In this document: one piece after another, positions 50,372 to 59,249 of the stretch
How positions within the stretch are numbered: the first letter of the stretch is position 1
Layout: every line of letters starts with the position of its first letter
Source: Chitinophagaceae bacterium
GTDB lineage: Bacteria; Bacteroidota; Bacteroidia; Chitinophagales; Chitinophagaceae
DNA: 64,000 bases
Direction of reading: 5' to 3'
Assembly (NCBI GenBank): GCA_035318985.1
Contig: DATHDP010000020.1
Coordinates: 51 to 64,050 of the forward strand
Translations under genes and position numbers: made by a program
Notes under the pieces: model-generated
The model's database searches: none
What the model was told of the DNA's origin: nothing
Seen by the model: the letters and a program-made list of their open reading frames with translations, nothing else

Positions 50372-52411
50372 ATGAAAAAGATTTTACTTTCATTGATGTT
50401 AGTCGGTGCTTTCGCGATAGTGCGAGCACAACTTTGCGGCGCCGGTGCCATTAGAACCTGGGTTGGAACTGTACAGCCCTGGAATCCTGGTGGATCATCG
50501 CAAGCCCCAATTGTAATTAATGGATCATCTACTGCAGATTGGGACGCGAATATTTCTGGTCCATTTGCTTACTCCGGGTCTCCAAAAAATACCTATGAGA
50601 CGAATCCTTATCTAGCCCCTATTGCTCCTGCAAATATTCAGAAAGACGGCTTAAAAGCCGGAACAGGAGCTGACTTTGATCTGGACGCTGTAGGTCAGGA
50701 TCATAGAGATCTCCGTTATTTTGCTTTTACTTATGATAAAGCAAACGTTTATTTCTTCTTTAGAAGACCAGCCAATAATACAGCCCAGGTTGCATTGTAT
50801 TATTTTATTGACAAAAACGTTGATGGATGGATGAAGACTGGTGAACCTGTAATTAAGGTTACATTTAATAATAGCGGTTCGAGTATTGAGATGGGATACT
50901 ATACGGCAGTAAACTCTAATGGAACTGCAGCCGGCTCTTACGATGCTGTTAAAGGTAATATTATGACCGCTCCAATTGCACGGGCAAAATCCGGTAACAC
51001 TTCTGGTTGGGCAGTAGGAATAGCAGATGGCTGGAGCATGCCCGGAGAATATCATACAGGGACAGGCTTACCTGCTTTAGCAGTGACAAATGGAGTTCAG
51101 GAAATTTTTAATGCAGCATCACTGACTGATAATTTTTCTGATGGTACTGCTGGAGGATTTGGAGTGGAGTTTGCAGTTCCCTGGAGATATTTTGCAATGT
51201 TTAGTGCTGCTGGTGTTTATCAAGGTGGAACAGCACTTAATTATACCAGTATATTTACGTGGCACGTATCATTAGTAAATGGTAACAGTGGTGTCGATGG
51301 TGCAGAAGATAATGCAGGTGGTTGCTGCTCTGGTCTTGGTGTGTCTGGTACTGCTGAAGTCTCTAAAAGTGGATTTTGGGAGAAAACAACACCTGGTAAT
51401 CCGTATCTTTATAGATTAAATCTTAGTTTTACAAATCTTAAAGCTTACCAAACGAATGTAGTAATTGGTGGAATCAAGATAATTGATCCAAAAGATGCTT
51501 TAGGTAATCCTCTACCTGCAAGCGCTATAGCAAACTGGACATTGACAGGGTTTAAAAATCCAGATTGTATTGTAGGAAATGGAGATGATGCTGCTGCTGT
51601 AACTTTTACTTATAATGGCTCGGTTGGCACAACTCACTCTTTTGTAAGTTCTGATCTAATAAAATCTACAGCGACTGTGGCCGCGGCACCCGGACCTTTA
51701 GCAACAGCATGTTATTATATAAATTTTAATGCTTTTTCATTCCCTCCTGTTAAATCGGCTGATGTTGAATTTGATTATACAACTGTATTTGATATTAGCT
51801 CAGGCACATGTGACGATCTGCAAAGCGGTGTCTCAAGTGGAACCTTCTCAGTTCTTCCTGTTAAGATAACTTACTTTAATGCTGCAAGAAGCGGCCAAAA
51901 TGTAAATCTTACATGGCAAACATCCATCGAAGAGAACAGTAAAGGTTTCGAAGTACAAAGATTTATTGGTACTGCTGGCTGGGAAACCATCGGCTTTACT
52001 CCTACACAGGCTGTTAACGGAAGCAGCAGCTCAGCATTGAATTACCAATTCGCTGATTTGAATAATACAACAAAGGGTATTACTCAATACAGGCTTAAAG
52101 AGGTTGACAGGGATAATCATGCAGCTTACAGTGTTATCCGTTCAGTTCGTGGAGAAGGTCAAAAGAGCAACACAATTATTTATCCTAATCCGAGTGGTGA
52201 TGGTAAAGTAAATATAGTCTTTGACGGCACGAGTACAGTGCGTGATCTATCGTTAATGGATGTAAGCGGCAAAACTTTAAAACAATGGAAAGGCGTTACT
52301 AATAATAACATCCATATTGATAATCTCAATGCAGGATTCTATACTGTACGAATTGTGAATGTGGAAACAGGTGAGCAGGTGGTAGAGAAATTCATTGTAA
52401 ACAAGCGTTAA
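50372..52411 (+). CDS. Secreted protein with unknown N-terminal region, conserved beta-sandwich module and T9SS C-terminal sorting domain
   Basis: It has a signal peptide (MKKILLSLMLVGAFAIVRAQ). The C-terminus YPNPSGDGKVNIVF...GFYTVRIVNVETGEQVVEKFIVNKR is a Por/T9SS type-A CTD. Confidence 0.8.
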   Translation: MKKILLSLMLVGAFAIVRAQLCGAGAIRTWVGTVQPWNPGGSSQAPIVINGSSTADWDANISGPFAYSGSPKNTYETNPYLAPIAPANIQKDGLKAGTGADFDLDAVGQDHRDLRYFAFTYDKANVYFFFRRPANNTAQVALYYFIDKNVDGWMKTGEPVIKVTFNNSGSSIEMGYYTAVNSNGTAAGSYDAVKGNIMTAPIARAKSGNTSGWAVGIADGWSMPGEYHTGTGLPALAVTNGVQEIFNAASLTDNFSDGTAGGFGVEFAVPWRYFAMFSAAGVYQGGTALNYTSIFTWHVSLVNGNSGVDGAEDNAGGCCSGLGVSGTAEVSKSGFWEKTTPGNPYLYRLNLSFTNLKAYQTNVVIGGIKIIDPKDALGNPLPASAIANWTLTGFKNPDCIVGNGDDAAAVTFTYNGSVGTTHSFVSSDLIKSTATVAAAPGPLATACYYINFNAFSFPPVKSADVEFDYTTVFDISSGTCDDLQSGVSSGTFSVLPVKITYFNAARSGQNVNLTWQTSIEENSKGFEVQRFIGTAGWETIGFTPTQAVNGSSSSALNYQFADLNNTTKGITQYRLKEVDRDNHAAYSVIRSVRGEGQKSNTIIYPNPSGDGKVNIVFDGTSTVRDLSLMDVSGKTLKQWKGVTNNNIHIDNLNAGFYTVRIVNVETGEQVVEKFIVNKR

Positions 52412-52433
52412 AGCTCAAGGTTTTAACCAACGG

Positions 52434-52466
52434 CGGGGGTGGTCTTCGTGCCACCCCTTTTTTTTA
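52434..52466 (+). terminator. Intrinsic terminator within a conserved 3' module
   Basis: GGGGTGG (52436-52442) pairs with CCACCCC (52451-52457), followed by a T-run. Confidence 0.75.
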
Positions 52467-52559
52467 TAAAATTATTTTCTAACTCCAGGAGTTGCCCAAA
52501 TATTAAAGGCAACAGTAATTCAACATTCAGTTCTAGCCTGATTCACTACAGATGGCATC

Positions 52560-52799
52560 TGCCAGAAAAATCAAAGCGATTATTTTTCGGTGGTGGCAAA
52601 GTAAATGTTCATGTTTAAGAATAAGCATGCGTCTTGAATCGTATCATTAATAGATGTGAATAGAAGGTGATCAGATAATTGAAAAAGTAATAATTGACAT
52701 TTTATAAATAGAAAATTCTGTTTCTGATGTTCGCACTCTGTGTGTTGTTAATTGAAACAAGAAAACAGGAATGAAAAAATTGTAATTAAAGATCGTTAA
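52560..52799 (+). pseudogene. Decayed T9SS C-terminal-domain gene remnant (third paralog)
   Basis: It aligns by eye to 52175-52411: GGTGGTGGCAAAGTAAATGTT with GGTGATGGTAAAGTAAATATA, and the ending NEKIVIKDR-stop with EKFIVNKR-stop. It has stops and frameshifts. The same 3' module and terminator follow it. Confidence 0.7.
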
Positions 52800-52825
52800 G
52801 GCTTCAAGGGTTTTAACCAACGGTG

Positions 52826-52850
52826 GGGTGGCTTCGTGCCACCCTTTTTT
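52826..52850 (+). terminator. Terminator retained after the pseudogene
   Basis: GGGTGGC (52826-52832) pairs with GCCACCC (52838-52844), followed by TTTTTT. Confidence 0.65.
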
Positions 52851-53132
52851 ATTTTATTGGATCAAAGTATAATTGAAGAACACCATTCATTGAAAAAAAT
52901 CTTTAAGGTCTTTTAATGTGTTTAAAATATTCCCCACTTTTTGAAAGATCCATTCTCATTTTTCCACAGTTTAATAATTGTAAGCTTTAAAAAAAACAAT
53001 CTAAACATGAAATCTGCTGACGCAGATAATGGATAGGTTTTTGCAAATGCAATTCTAATATCTATTCCTATGCATTGATCCGGGCAGTCTCTGTGCCCGT
53101 AGAAATATTATTCATTATTTAAATTTTGTACC

Positions 53133-54680
53133 ATGAAACAGTTTTTACTTTCTATTTTTCTTCTTAGCAGTGCGTTGATCTCTTTTAAAAATGTTAATGC
53201 GCAATGTGATCTTAAATTTCCAAATCTTGCCCGGGTTTTTTCTGCAGATATTGTGAGCTTAGGGCCGAATAAATGCCAATATACTGTTGGTGTTGGATTT
53301 GAGATCGTGACTAACTCTGGTTTCAAAAATCTTTTCTTTCATTCCTGGTTAAGCCAGGATTATCCTAATCCTTCCATTTTTGATTGTTCAGGAGGTACAC
53401 CTGCCAGGGATCCGGGAACAAGCCTTCAGCTAGGTACCGCTATAGATGATCCAGGTAAATCATTTAACGATATTGGATTTGTAGGGCTTAACGAACTAAC
53501 TTTTGCACCCGGGGTGCCTGTAGATGTTACGGCAAATTTTGCCACGGTGTATCCTCATGATCACAGTGTTGTTTTGAATTCTCCACTAAATTCACCCGGT
53601 TTGACAGCAACAGTTACAAGAATTGGTAATTCAGATACATTGCATTTTGAGATCACTAACTTAAAAGTGATCGTAAACGCTCCATGTGGTAGTCCTTTAA
53701 GTATTAAAACTGATATTTGGGGTTCCAACTCGAATGCGCCTGATCCTAAAGCGCAATGCTATATTTGCGGACTAAGTCAATCATTCGGAGAAGTGAGTAT
53801 TTCACTTCAAAAATCTTGTGCAACAGTTCCGTTCCAATATGCTTTGACGCTTAATTCATCAGCCCAATTCCATGTAGTTTTTAGACTTTATGCTGACGAC
53901 CTTGATGGTGTCAGGGAACCAGGTGGAGACGATTCACTTTTATTTGTTTCAGATACAGTTGTGCTTACACCTGGGTCTTTTAGTACGGGGTTGACTAATC
54001 TGCCCGGTATCTTCTGTTGTACTGAACCCTTTTCCTTGTGGGGTCTATATGTGCAGGTAGCTGCAAGAGAATTCAGCAATGTCATAACCTCTGCTATTAT
54101 TGAAGAACCATGTGCGACGATATTACCTGTGTCATTAAGATCGTTCACAGCTGTACGAAATAATTCAACAGTGCTTTTGAAATGGGAAACTGTAACAGAA
54201 GAAAACAGCCGGGGATTTTATATAGAACGAAACCTTGGCAATAATACCTGGCAAACATTAGGATTTGTTTCCACTAAGGCGATTCGTGGCAATAGCACTT
54301 CTTCTCTCGATTATGAATATTCGGATATTAGTAATACTGCGAAAGGAATAACGCAATATCGGTTGAGACAAGTTGATATTGATGGTAAACATGCCTATAG
54401 CCCGATACGTGCTATAAGAGCAGGAAGTCAAAAAGGCAAAACGATCGTTTATCCAAACCCAAGCAGTGATGGCAGAGTAAATGTTGTGTTCGCAGATGTA
54501 AATACTATTCGTGATGTATCATTAATGGATATGAATGGTCGTGTGATGAAACAATGGAAAGGAGTTGGTAACAATAACATTCAAATAGATAATTTAATGG
54601 CTGGGTTCTACACTATTCGGATAATCGATACGAATACAGGAGAACAAACAGTAGAAAAAATAGTAGTGAAAAAACGTTAA
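53133..54680 (+). CDS. Secreted protein with unknown Cys-containing N-terminal region, conserved beta-sandwich module and T9SS C-terminal sorting domain
   Basis: It has a signal peptide (MKQFLLSIFLLSSALISFKNVNAQ). The C-terminal ~190 aa are paralogous to 50372-52411 (LKWETVTEENSRGFYIERN...GITQYRLRQVD...YPNPSSDGRVNVVF...GFYTIRIIDTNTGEQTVEKIVVKKR). Confidence 0.8.
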   Translation: MKQFLLSIFLLSSALISFKNVNAQCDLKFPNLARVFSADIVSLGPNKCQYTVGVGFEIVTNSGFKNLFFHSWLSQDYPNPSIFDCSGGTPARDPGTSLQLGTAIDDPGKSFNDIGFVGLNELTFAPGVPVDVTANFATVYPHDHSVVLNSPLNSPGLTATVTRIGNSDTLHFEITNLKVIVNAPCGSPLSIKTDIWGSNSNAPDPKAQCYICGLSQSFGEVSISLQKSCATVPFQYALTLNSSAQFHVVFRLYADDLDGVREPGGDDSLLFVSDTVVLTPGSFSTGLTNLPGIFCCTEPFSLWGLYVQVAAREFSNVITSAIIEEPCATILPVSLRSFTAVRNNSTVLLKWETVTEENSRGFYIERNLGNNTWQTLGFVSTKAIRGNSTSSLDYEYSDISNTAKGITQYRLRQVDIDGKHAYSPIRAIRAGSQKGKTIVYPNPSSDGRVNVVFADVNTIRDVSLMDMNGRVMKQWKGVGNNNIQIDNLMAGFYTIRIIDTNTGEQTVEKIVVKKR

Positions 54681-54703
54681 GACTTCAAGGTTTTAACCAA
54701 CGG

Positions 54704-54735
54704 CGGGGGCGGTCTTCGAGCCGCTCCTTTTTTTT
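54704..54735 (+). terminator. Intrinsic terminator within the conserved 3' module
   Basis: GGGGCGG pairs with CCGCTCC (one mismatch), followed by a T-run. Confidence 0.65.
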
Positions 54736-54815
54736 ATTTTAGTGAATACAGAACTTTAAAAGGAGATCAGGTATCCTGTAATTGGAGATGGTAAAAGAAA
54801 CCAGACCATCATTGA

Positions 54816-55802
54816 TCAATTATTTTCAATTGCAAGCAGATCTATTTCAAATATCAAAGCAGATCCACCGGGTATTGCCTGATATTGTCCCGGGCCATAC
54901 CCTAATGTATAAGGGACATATAATTTCCATTTTGAACCGACTGGCATCATTTGCAAGGCTTCTGTCCAACCTTTTATCACACCAGTTACGGCAAAAGAAA
55001 TAGGTCCTCCCATTTTATATGAATTATTAAATTCGGTACCATCAATATAAGCTCCGGTATAGTTACAAGATACTTTATCTTTTTTTGTGGGTTTTTTTCC
55101 TGTTCCTACTGTAATGATCTCGTATTGCAAGCCGCTTGGTGTGATTTTTACTCCCGGTCTTTTTTTGTTTTCAGCAAGGAATTTTTTACCTGCATCAATA
55201 ATGCTTTTATTTTTTACTTCCTGAAGTTTATATTGATAACGCATTACAACCATATTAGCAAGGCTGTCATTTAGCAACGGCTTTTTTTGACTTTGCAGAT
55301 CGCTGATAGCCCTTGCTACGATCTCGGGATTAAAATTGGTGATATCAAAATCACGAAAGAAGTTTATAAGATATATGCCGGCTGCATAGCTGGCTGAATC
55401 TCTCGCATCATTTAGTGCAATGCCTGTTGTAGTCGGTGTAACGGTCGTGTTGGGATTTGTCATCAATTTATTTTGATAAGCTGACACCGCATTATCGGCA
55501 TCACTATTACTTATGAGTTGAGGTTTTCCCGTTTGCAGATCATTTATGCATTTTCCTACAACTGCGCTGTTAAAATTGTAAACATTTGCAGAACGATATT
55601 TATTTACAATGTGAATGCCTGCTGTATAGCTGGCAGAGTCACGCAGATCTTTAAGTATTTTGGGTGCTGCTGGTTTTGGGGCAGGTGGTTTTTGAGAAGT
55701 TGCTGTAACCTTTTTTGTGCTTTGAGAGAAGGTGGTAATTGAAATGAGTACGAACACGTTCAAACAAACAATTCTTAGCATAGGAAAAATTTTGGGAATC
55801 AA
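54816..55802 (-). CDS. FKBP-type peptidyl-prolyl cis-trans isomerase (FkpA-like, duplicated N-terminal dimerisation domain)
   Basis: The C-terminal FKBP domain reads GLQYEIITVGTGKKP...V.CNYTGAYIDGTEFNNSY...VIKGWTEALQMMPVGSKWKLYVPY.LGYG. Two FKBP_N-like repeats precede it (DSASY.AGI...N). Confidence 0.88.
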   Translation of the reverse strand: MIPKIFPMLRIVCLNVFVLISITTFSQSTKKVTATSQKPPAPKPAAPKILKDLRDSASYTAGIHIVNKYRSANVYNFNSAVVGKCINDLQTGKPQLISNSDADNAVSAYQNKLMTNPNTTVTPTTTGIALNDARDSASYAAGIYLINFFRDFDITNFNPEIVARAISDLQSQKKPLLNDSLANMVVMRYQYKLQEVKNKSIIDAGKKFLAENKKRPGVKITPSGLQYEIITVGTGKKPTKKDKVSCNYTGAYIDGTEFNNSYKMGGPISFAVTGVIKGWTEALQMMPVGSKWKLYVPYTLGYGPGQYQAIPGGSALIFEIDLLAIENN

Positions 55803-55817
55803 ATATAGTTTATAAGT

Positions 55818-57218
55818 TCAAGTATTTTGTTTCTGTTTTTTATCGTTTGTTCCGGAAAGATCGATGATGGCAGTGGGAAATTTTTCTTTATGGCCAGTGA
55901 GCAGGTTTCGGATATAATTATTCCCCCGGTAAGAGATTAAATATCCTTTTATATCATCAATGTTTGATAATTTATATTCTGATGGTAAATAACCCATTCC
56001 AAAAAACTTTCCATTGTCAACAAGTATGCAGGAAAGTTCGGTTTCTTCAAGACCTTTATCTAAGATGGCATAAGATGATTCGTCACTCATTTCAGCAATT
56101 GCTTTTTTCACTCGTTTATTATAAGCAGAATGGCTTTCTTGTTTTATACAGGCTCCTTTACATGTTTTGTTTTCTACGCCTGTGCATTCGCCATTTCCTT
56201 TTTCTAAAAAACATAATTTGGGGCAAAGATTATATTCTTCAATAACCGTCCTTAACCAAGTATAGCCTTCTGTTAAATTGTGAAAGCTTTGAACCGGTTT
56301 GAGATTCTTTTTATTTTTTTCAATGATAAGGCGAAGGAAACCATTCCTGTCCTCGTATGTATAAATGCCAAAAACATCTTCCCAATGTTTTTGTGAGTAA
56401 TTGAACTTTGGCCAGTATTTTTTTATTTCAACTGATTCAAGAATGCTCGCCATCAATTCAGTAGCGCAGCTTTTAAAACTAATGGAATGAATATGGGTAA
56501 TAAAATTTTGCTTTTGTCTTGTTTCGGAGTTATTGCTGAAATGACTGTTAACGCGGCTGCGAATATTGATCGCTTTTCCTACATAAATTATTTTTCCCTT
56601 CGCATCATGAAAGTAATACACACCTGGTGTAGTTGGCAACAATTCAAAATTTTGTTTCGGGACATTGGGGGGTAACGATTGCTCTTTTGAATTTCGCAAA
56701 AGGCTTGTTGAAATAAAATCCTCTTTATCATTTTCCAATAGCTTGCTAAAAACTTTTACCGTTGCTTCGGCATCTCCGCCAGCCCGGTGACGGTTATTGA
56801 TCTCAATTTCAAGTGAGCGGCAAAGATTTCCCAGGCTATAGGATGGGAAACCCGGGAATATTTTTCTGCTTAATCTAACTGTACAAAGCTTTTTTGATCT
56901 CAGATCATGCCCCGCTCTTAATAAATGACTTTTTAAAAAACTGTAGTCAAAATTTACATTATGAGCGATAAAAATATTTTCATTTAAAATATTGAAAACA
57001 TCTTCTGCCACATCATCAAATTGCGGTGCATTCGCAACCATTTCATCTGTAATACCTGTAAAAGATTGTATATATCTTGGGATCGGCTGCAGCGGATTGA
57101 TCAGCGATTCAAATTTTTTTACAACCTTGCTGCCATCAAAAACATAAATAGCAATTTCGGTAATTCCGTTAGCCGATGCGTAACTTCCTGTTGTCTCTAT
57201 GTCTACAATAGCGTACAT
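55818..57218 (-). CDS. DEDD 3'-5' exonuclease (DnaQ/epsilon-like) fused to a GIY-YIG (UvrC N-terminal-like) nuclease domain
   Basis: Exo motifs are present: YAIVDIETTG, IAHNVNFDYSFL, HRAGGDA. The GIY-YIG block PGVYYFHDAKGKIIYVGKAINIRSRV follows. Confidence 0.85.
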   Translation of the reverse strand: MYAIVDIETTGSYASANGITEIAIYVFDGSKVVKKFESLINPLQPIPRYIQSFTGITDEMVANAPQFDDVAEDVFNILNENIFIAHNVNFDYSFLKSHLLRAGHDLRSKKLCTVRLSRKIFPGFPSYSLGNLCRSLEIEINNRHRAGGDAEATVKVFSKLLENDKEDFISTSLLRNSKEQSLPPNVPKQNFELLPTTPGVYYFHDAKGKIIYVGKAINIRSRVNSHFSNNSETRQKQNFITHIHSISFKSCATELMASILESVEIKKYWPKFNYSQKHWEDVFGIYTYEDRNGFLRLIIEKNKKNLKPVQSFHNLTEGYTWLRTVIEEYNLCPKLCFLEKGNGECTGVENKTCKGACIKQESHSAYNKRVKKAIAEMSDESSYAILDKGLEETELSCILVDNGKFFGMGYLPSEYKLSNIDDIKGYLISYRGNNYIRNLLTGHKEKFPTAIIDLSGTNDKKQKQNT

Positions 57219-57276
57219 GATTATTGCTATATGATCAGGTTACAAAAAAGCAGACTAAGTTCGCAAAATATTTGCT

Positions 57277-58224
57277 ATGAAGGAAGATAAATTTTTAATG
57301 TTCCGAAACAGGCTGAAAAAGGTGTACCGGCATCTTGGCAAGCAGGCAAAACGGATGGGAATTACGTGTTACCGGCTTTATGATCATGATCTGCCAGAGT
57401 TTCCTTTTTGCATTGAGATATATGAGCAAAACATTTATGTTGCTGAATACAAACGCCGGCATGGAATGGAGGAGGATGAACACGATGAGTGGATGAAACA
57501 GAGCATATTCGTTATTTGTGAAATTTTGAAAGTAAGTGATGAAAACATTTTTCTTAAGCTTCGGCAAAAAAAACCTGGTCGCCTCGGGCAATACCAGAAA
57601 ACGGCCGGCAAGCAATCAGAATTTATTGTGGAAGAAAATAAGCTGAAGTTTATCGTCAATCTCAGCGATTATCTTGATACGGGTTTGTTCTTAGATCATC
57701 GGTTAACCAGAGAAAAAATTAGAGGAGAAGCAAGGGATAAAAAAGTGTTGAACTTATTTTGTTATACAGGTTCTTTTTCTGTGTATACAGCCGCTGGGGA
57801 AGCGAATGAAATAATAACGGTTGATCTTTCTAAAACTTATCTTGGCTGGGCTCAAAGTAATATGAAACTTAATGAGTTTACTGATCCTTCAAAGTATAAA
57901 TTCATTCATGCTGATGTGCTGCAATATTTACATACAATTCCGGAAAATTATTTTGACCTGGTAATACTTGATCCGCCAACATTCAGTAATAGTAAGAGAA
58001 TGGAAGATATTCTGGATATTCAGCGGGATCATGTAAAACTGATCAATGACTGTTTAAGGGCATTAAAACCAGAAGGGAAAATTTATTTCAGCACGAACTA
58101 TAAAAGATTTGTTTTGGAGACTGCATCCATTCAATCATCATTAATAAATGATATAACAAAGCAAACTACTCCATTTGATTTTGAAGGAAGGATAAACCGG
58201 GTCTGCTATCTTATAGAAAAATAA
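57277..58224 (+). CDS. Class I SAM-dependent rRNA methyltransferase (RlmK/RlmL C-terminal-domain-like)
   Basis: SAM-fold blocks are present: VLNLFCYTGSFSV and ILDPPTFSNSK. The ATG at 57298 is an alternative start. Confidence 0.75.
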   Translation: MKEDKFLMFRNRLKKVYRHLGKQAKRMGITCYRLYDHDLPEFPFCIEIYEQNIYVAEYKRRHGMEEDEHDEWMKQSIFVICEILKVSDENIFLKLRQKKPGRLGQYQKTAGKQSEFIVEENKLKFIVNLSDYLDTGLFLDHRLTREKIRGEARDKKVLNLFCYTGSFSVYTAAGEANEIITVDLSKTYLGWAQSNMKLNEFTDPSKYKFIHADVLQYLHTIPENYFDLVILDPPTFSNSKRMEDILDIQRDHVKLINDCLRALKPEGKIYFSTNYKRFVLETASIQSSLINDITKQTTPFDFEGRINRVCYLIEK

Positions 58225-58252
58225 AAGCCGTCCTGATACATTGGGACGGCTT
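58225..58252. terminator. Bidirectional hairpin between convergent genes
   Basis: AAGCCGTCC (58225-58233) pairs with GGACGGCTT (58244-58252). Confidence 0.65.
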
Positions 58253-58271
58253 ATTAATGATCAATCAGTTT

Positions 58272-59063
58272 TTAATATAAATAATTTAAAGCTGTTTTAT
58301 CGTTATTATTAAATGGACGGTTTGTTGTTGCACTCAGGCAGGCAAGCATCCATGAACCAGAATCCGGTCCAGATGGTGTACCGGGAATAAGGACTGCGCC
58401 TACACCTGAAGCTCCTTCATTGGTTGGTGAACCTCCACAACTATAACTCCTATCCATATAATCAGTATGACGGAAACCGATGCAATGACCAACTTCATGA
58501 GCAATAACCGTTGTCATAAATCCGGAACTGTAATTCTGATATGCCTTATTGTATTTTACTGTACTATAAGGGGCGCCAGAGTTAGTAGGAAATCCGGATG
58601 AAGCGATATAATTAGCGCCGTTAACAAGTCTAATTACGATGTCTCCGCCAGAAGCAACTCTCGACATTGTTATCCTTAAATTTTGTGCATTGTAACGTGC
58701 AATAGCGGCATCAATTGCGGAAGAAAGACCAGCACTTATATTACCGCTGCTGCTAATTGTAATATTTCGTGGTAACCCTGTAACAAGCAATGTAGTACGA
58801 TACTGCTCATTATTTGCAATTCGCAGATAATTGCCACCAGGCGTTGAATTCAGGTAATCTTCCGTAAGAATAATATCACCTTCAACTAGATATCCTTCTT
58901 CAACTTTTTGGACATCTGAAGTACCAAATCCATGATCATTGATCTTAGTAAGAGTTTCAGGTGAAATTTGTCCTTGTGCCGGATCTTTCACTTCCTTTTT
59001 GCAAGATGTAATTGCAAAGCCGGCAATAAGCAGAAAGGCCAATGGTTTCAACATTTGTCTCAT
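58272..59063 (-). CDS. M57-family (dual-action HEIGH-type) zinc metalloprotease lipoprotein
   Basis: It has a lipobox (GFAITSC) and the zinc site VIAHEVGHCIGFRHTD. Confidence 0.82.
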   Translation of the reverse strand: MRQMLKPLAFLLIAGFAITSCKKEVKDPAQGQISPETLTKINDHGFGTSDVQKVEEGYLVEGDIILTEDYLNSTPGGNYLRIANNEQYRTTLLVTGLPRNITISSSGNISAGLSSAIDAAIARYNAQNLRITMSRVASGGDIVIRLVNGANYIASSGFPTNSGAPYSTVKYNKAYQNYSSGFMTTVIAHEVGHCIGFRHTDYMDRSYSCGGSPTNEGASGVGAVLIPGTPSGPDSGSWMLACLSATTNRPFNNNDKTALNYLY

Positions 59064-59249
59064 GTGAGTTTGTTTTAGCGTTATTAAATAAGGTGCTTAG
59101 AAAATACAGGTGGGTATTTCAGTCTGAAAAGGTAAATGTTTTTTTTAAATACTAACAAATGTTTTGGTCAGTTTTTTTGAGAAATCTGAAGTTTCAACGA
59201 GGGTTAAACTCAGAAATGACGACTATCGGGAAATCAATATTTTTAATAA

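Noticed and set aside
52409-54735. Three copies of a ~55-nt sequence with a GC stem, considered as a possible CRISPR-like or other array.
   Set aside because: The copies are 0.4 and 1.9 kb apart. Each directly follows a stop codon (one of them a pseudogene stop) and ends in a T-run. They are duplicated 3' UTR/terminator cassettes, not a repeat-spacer array, and no cas genes are present.
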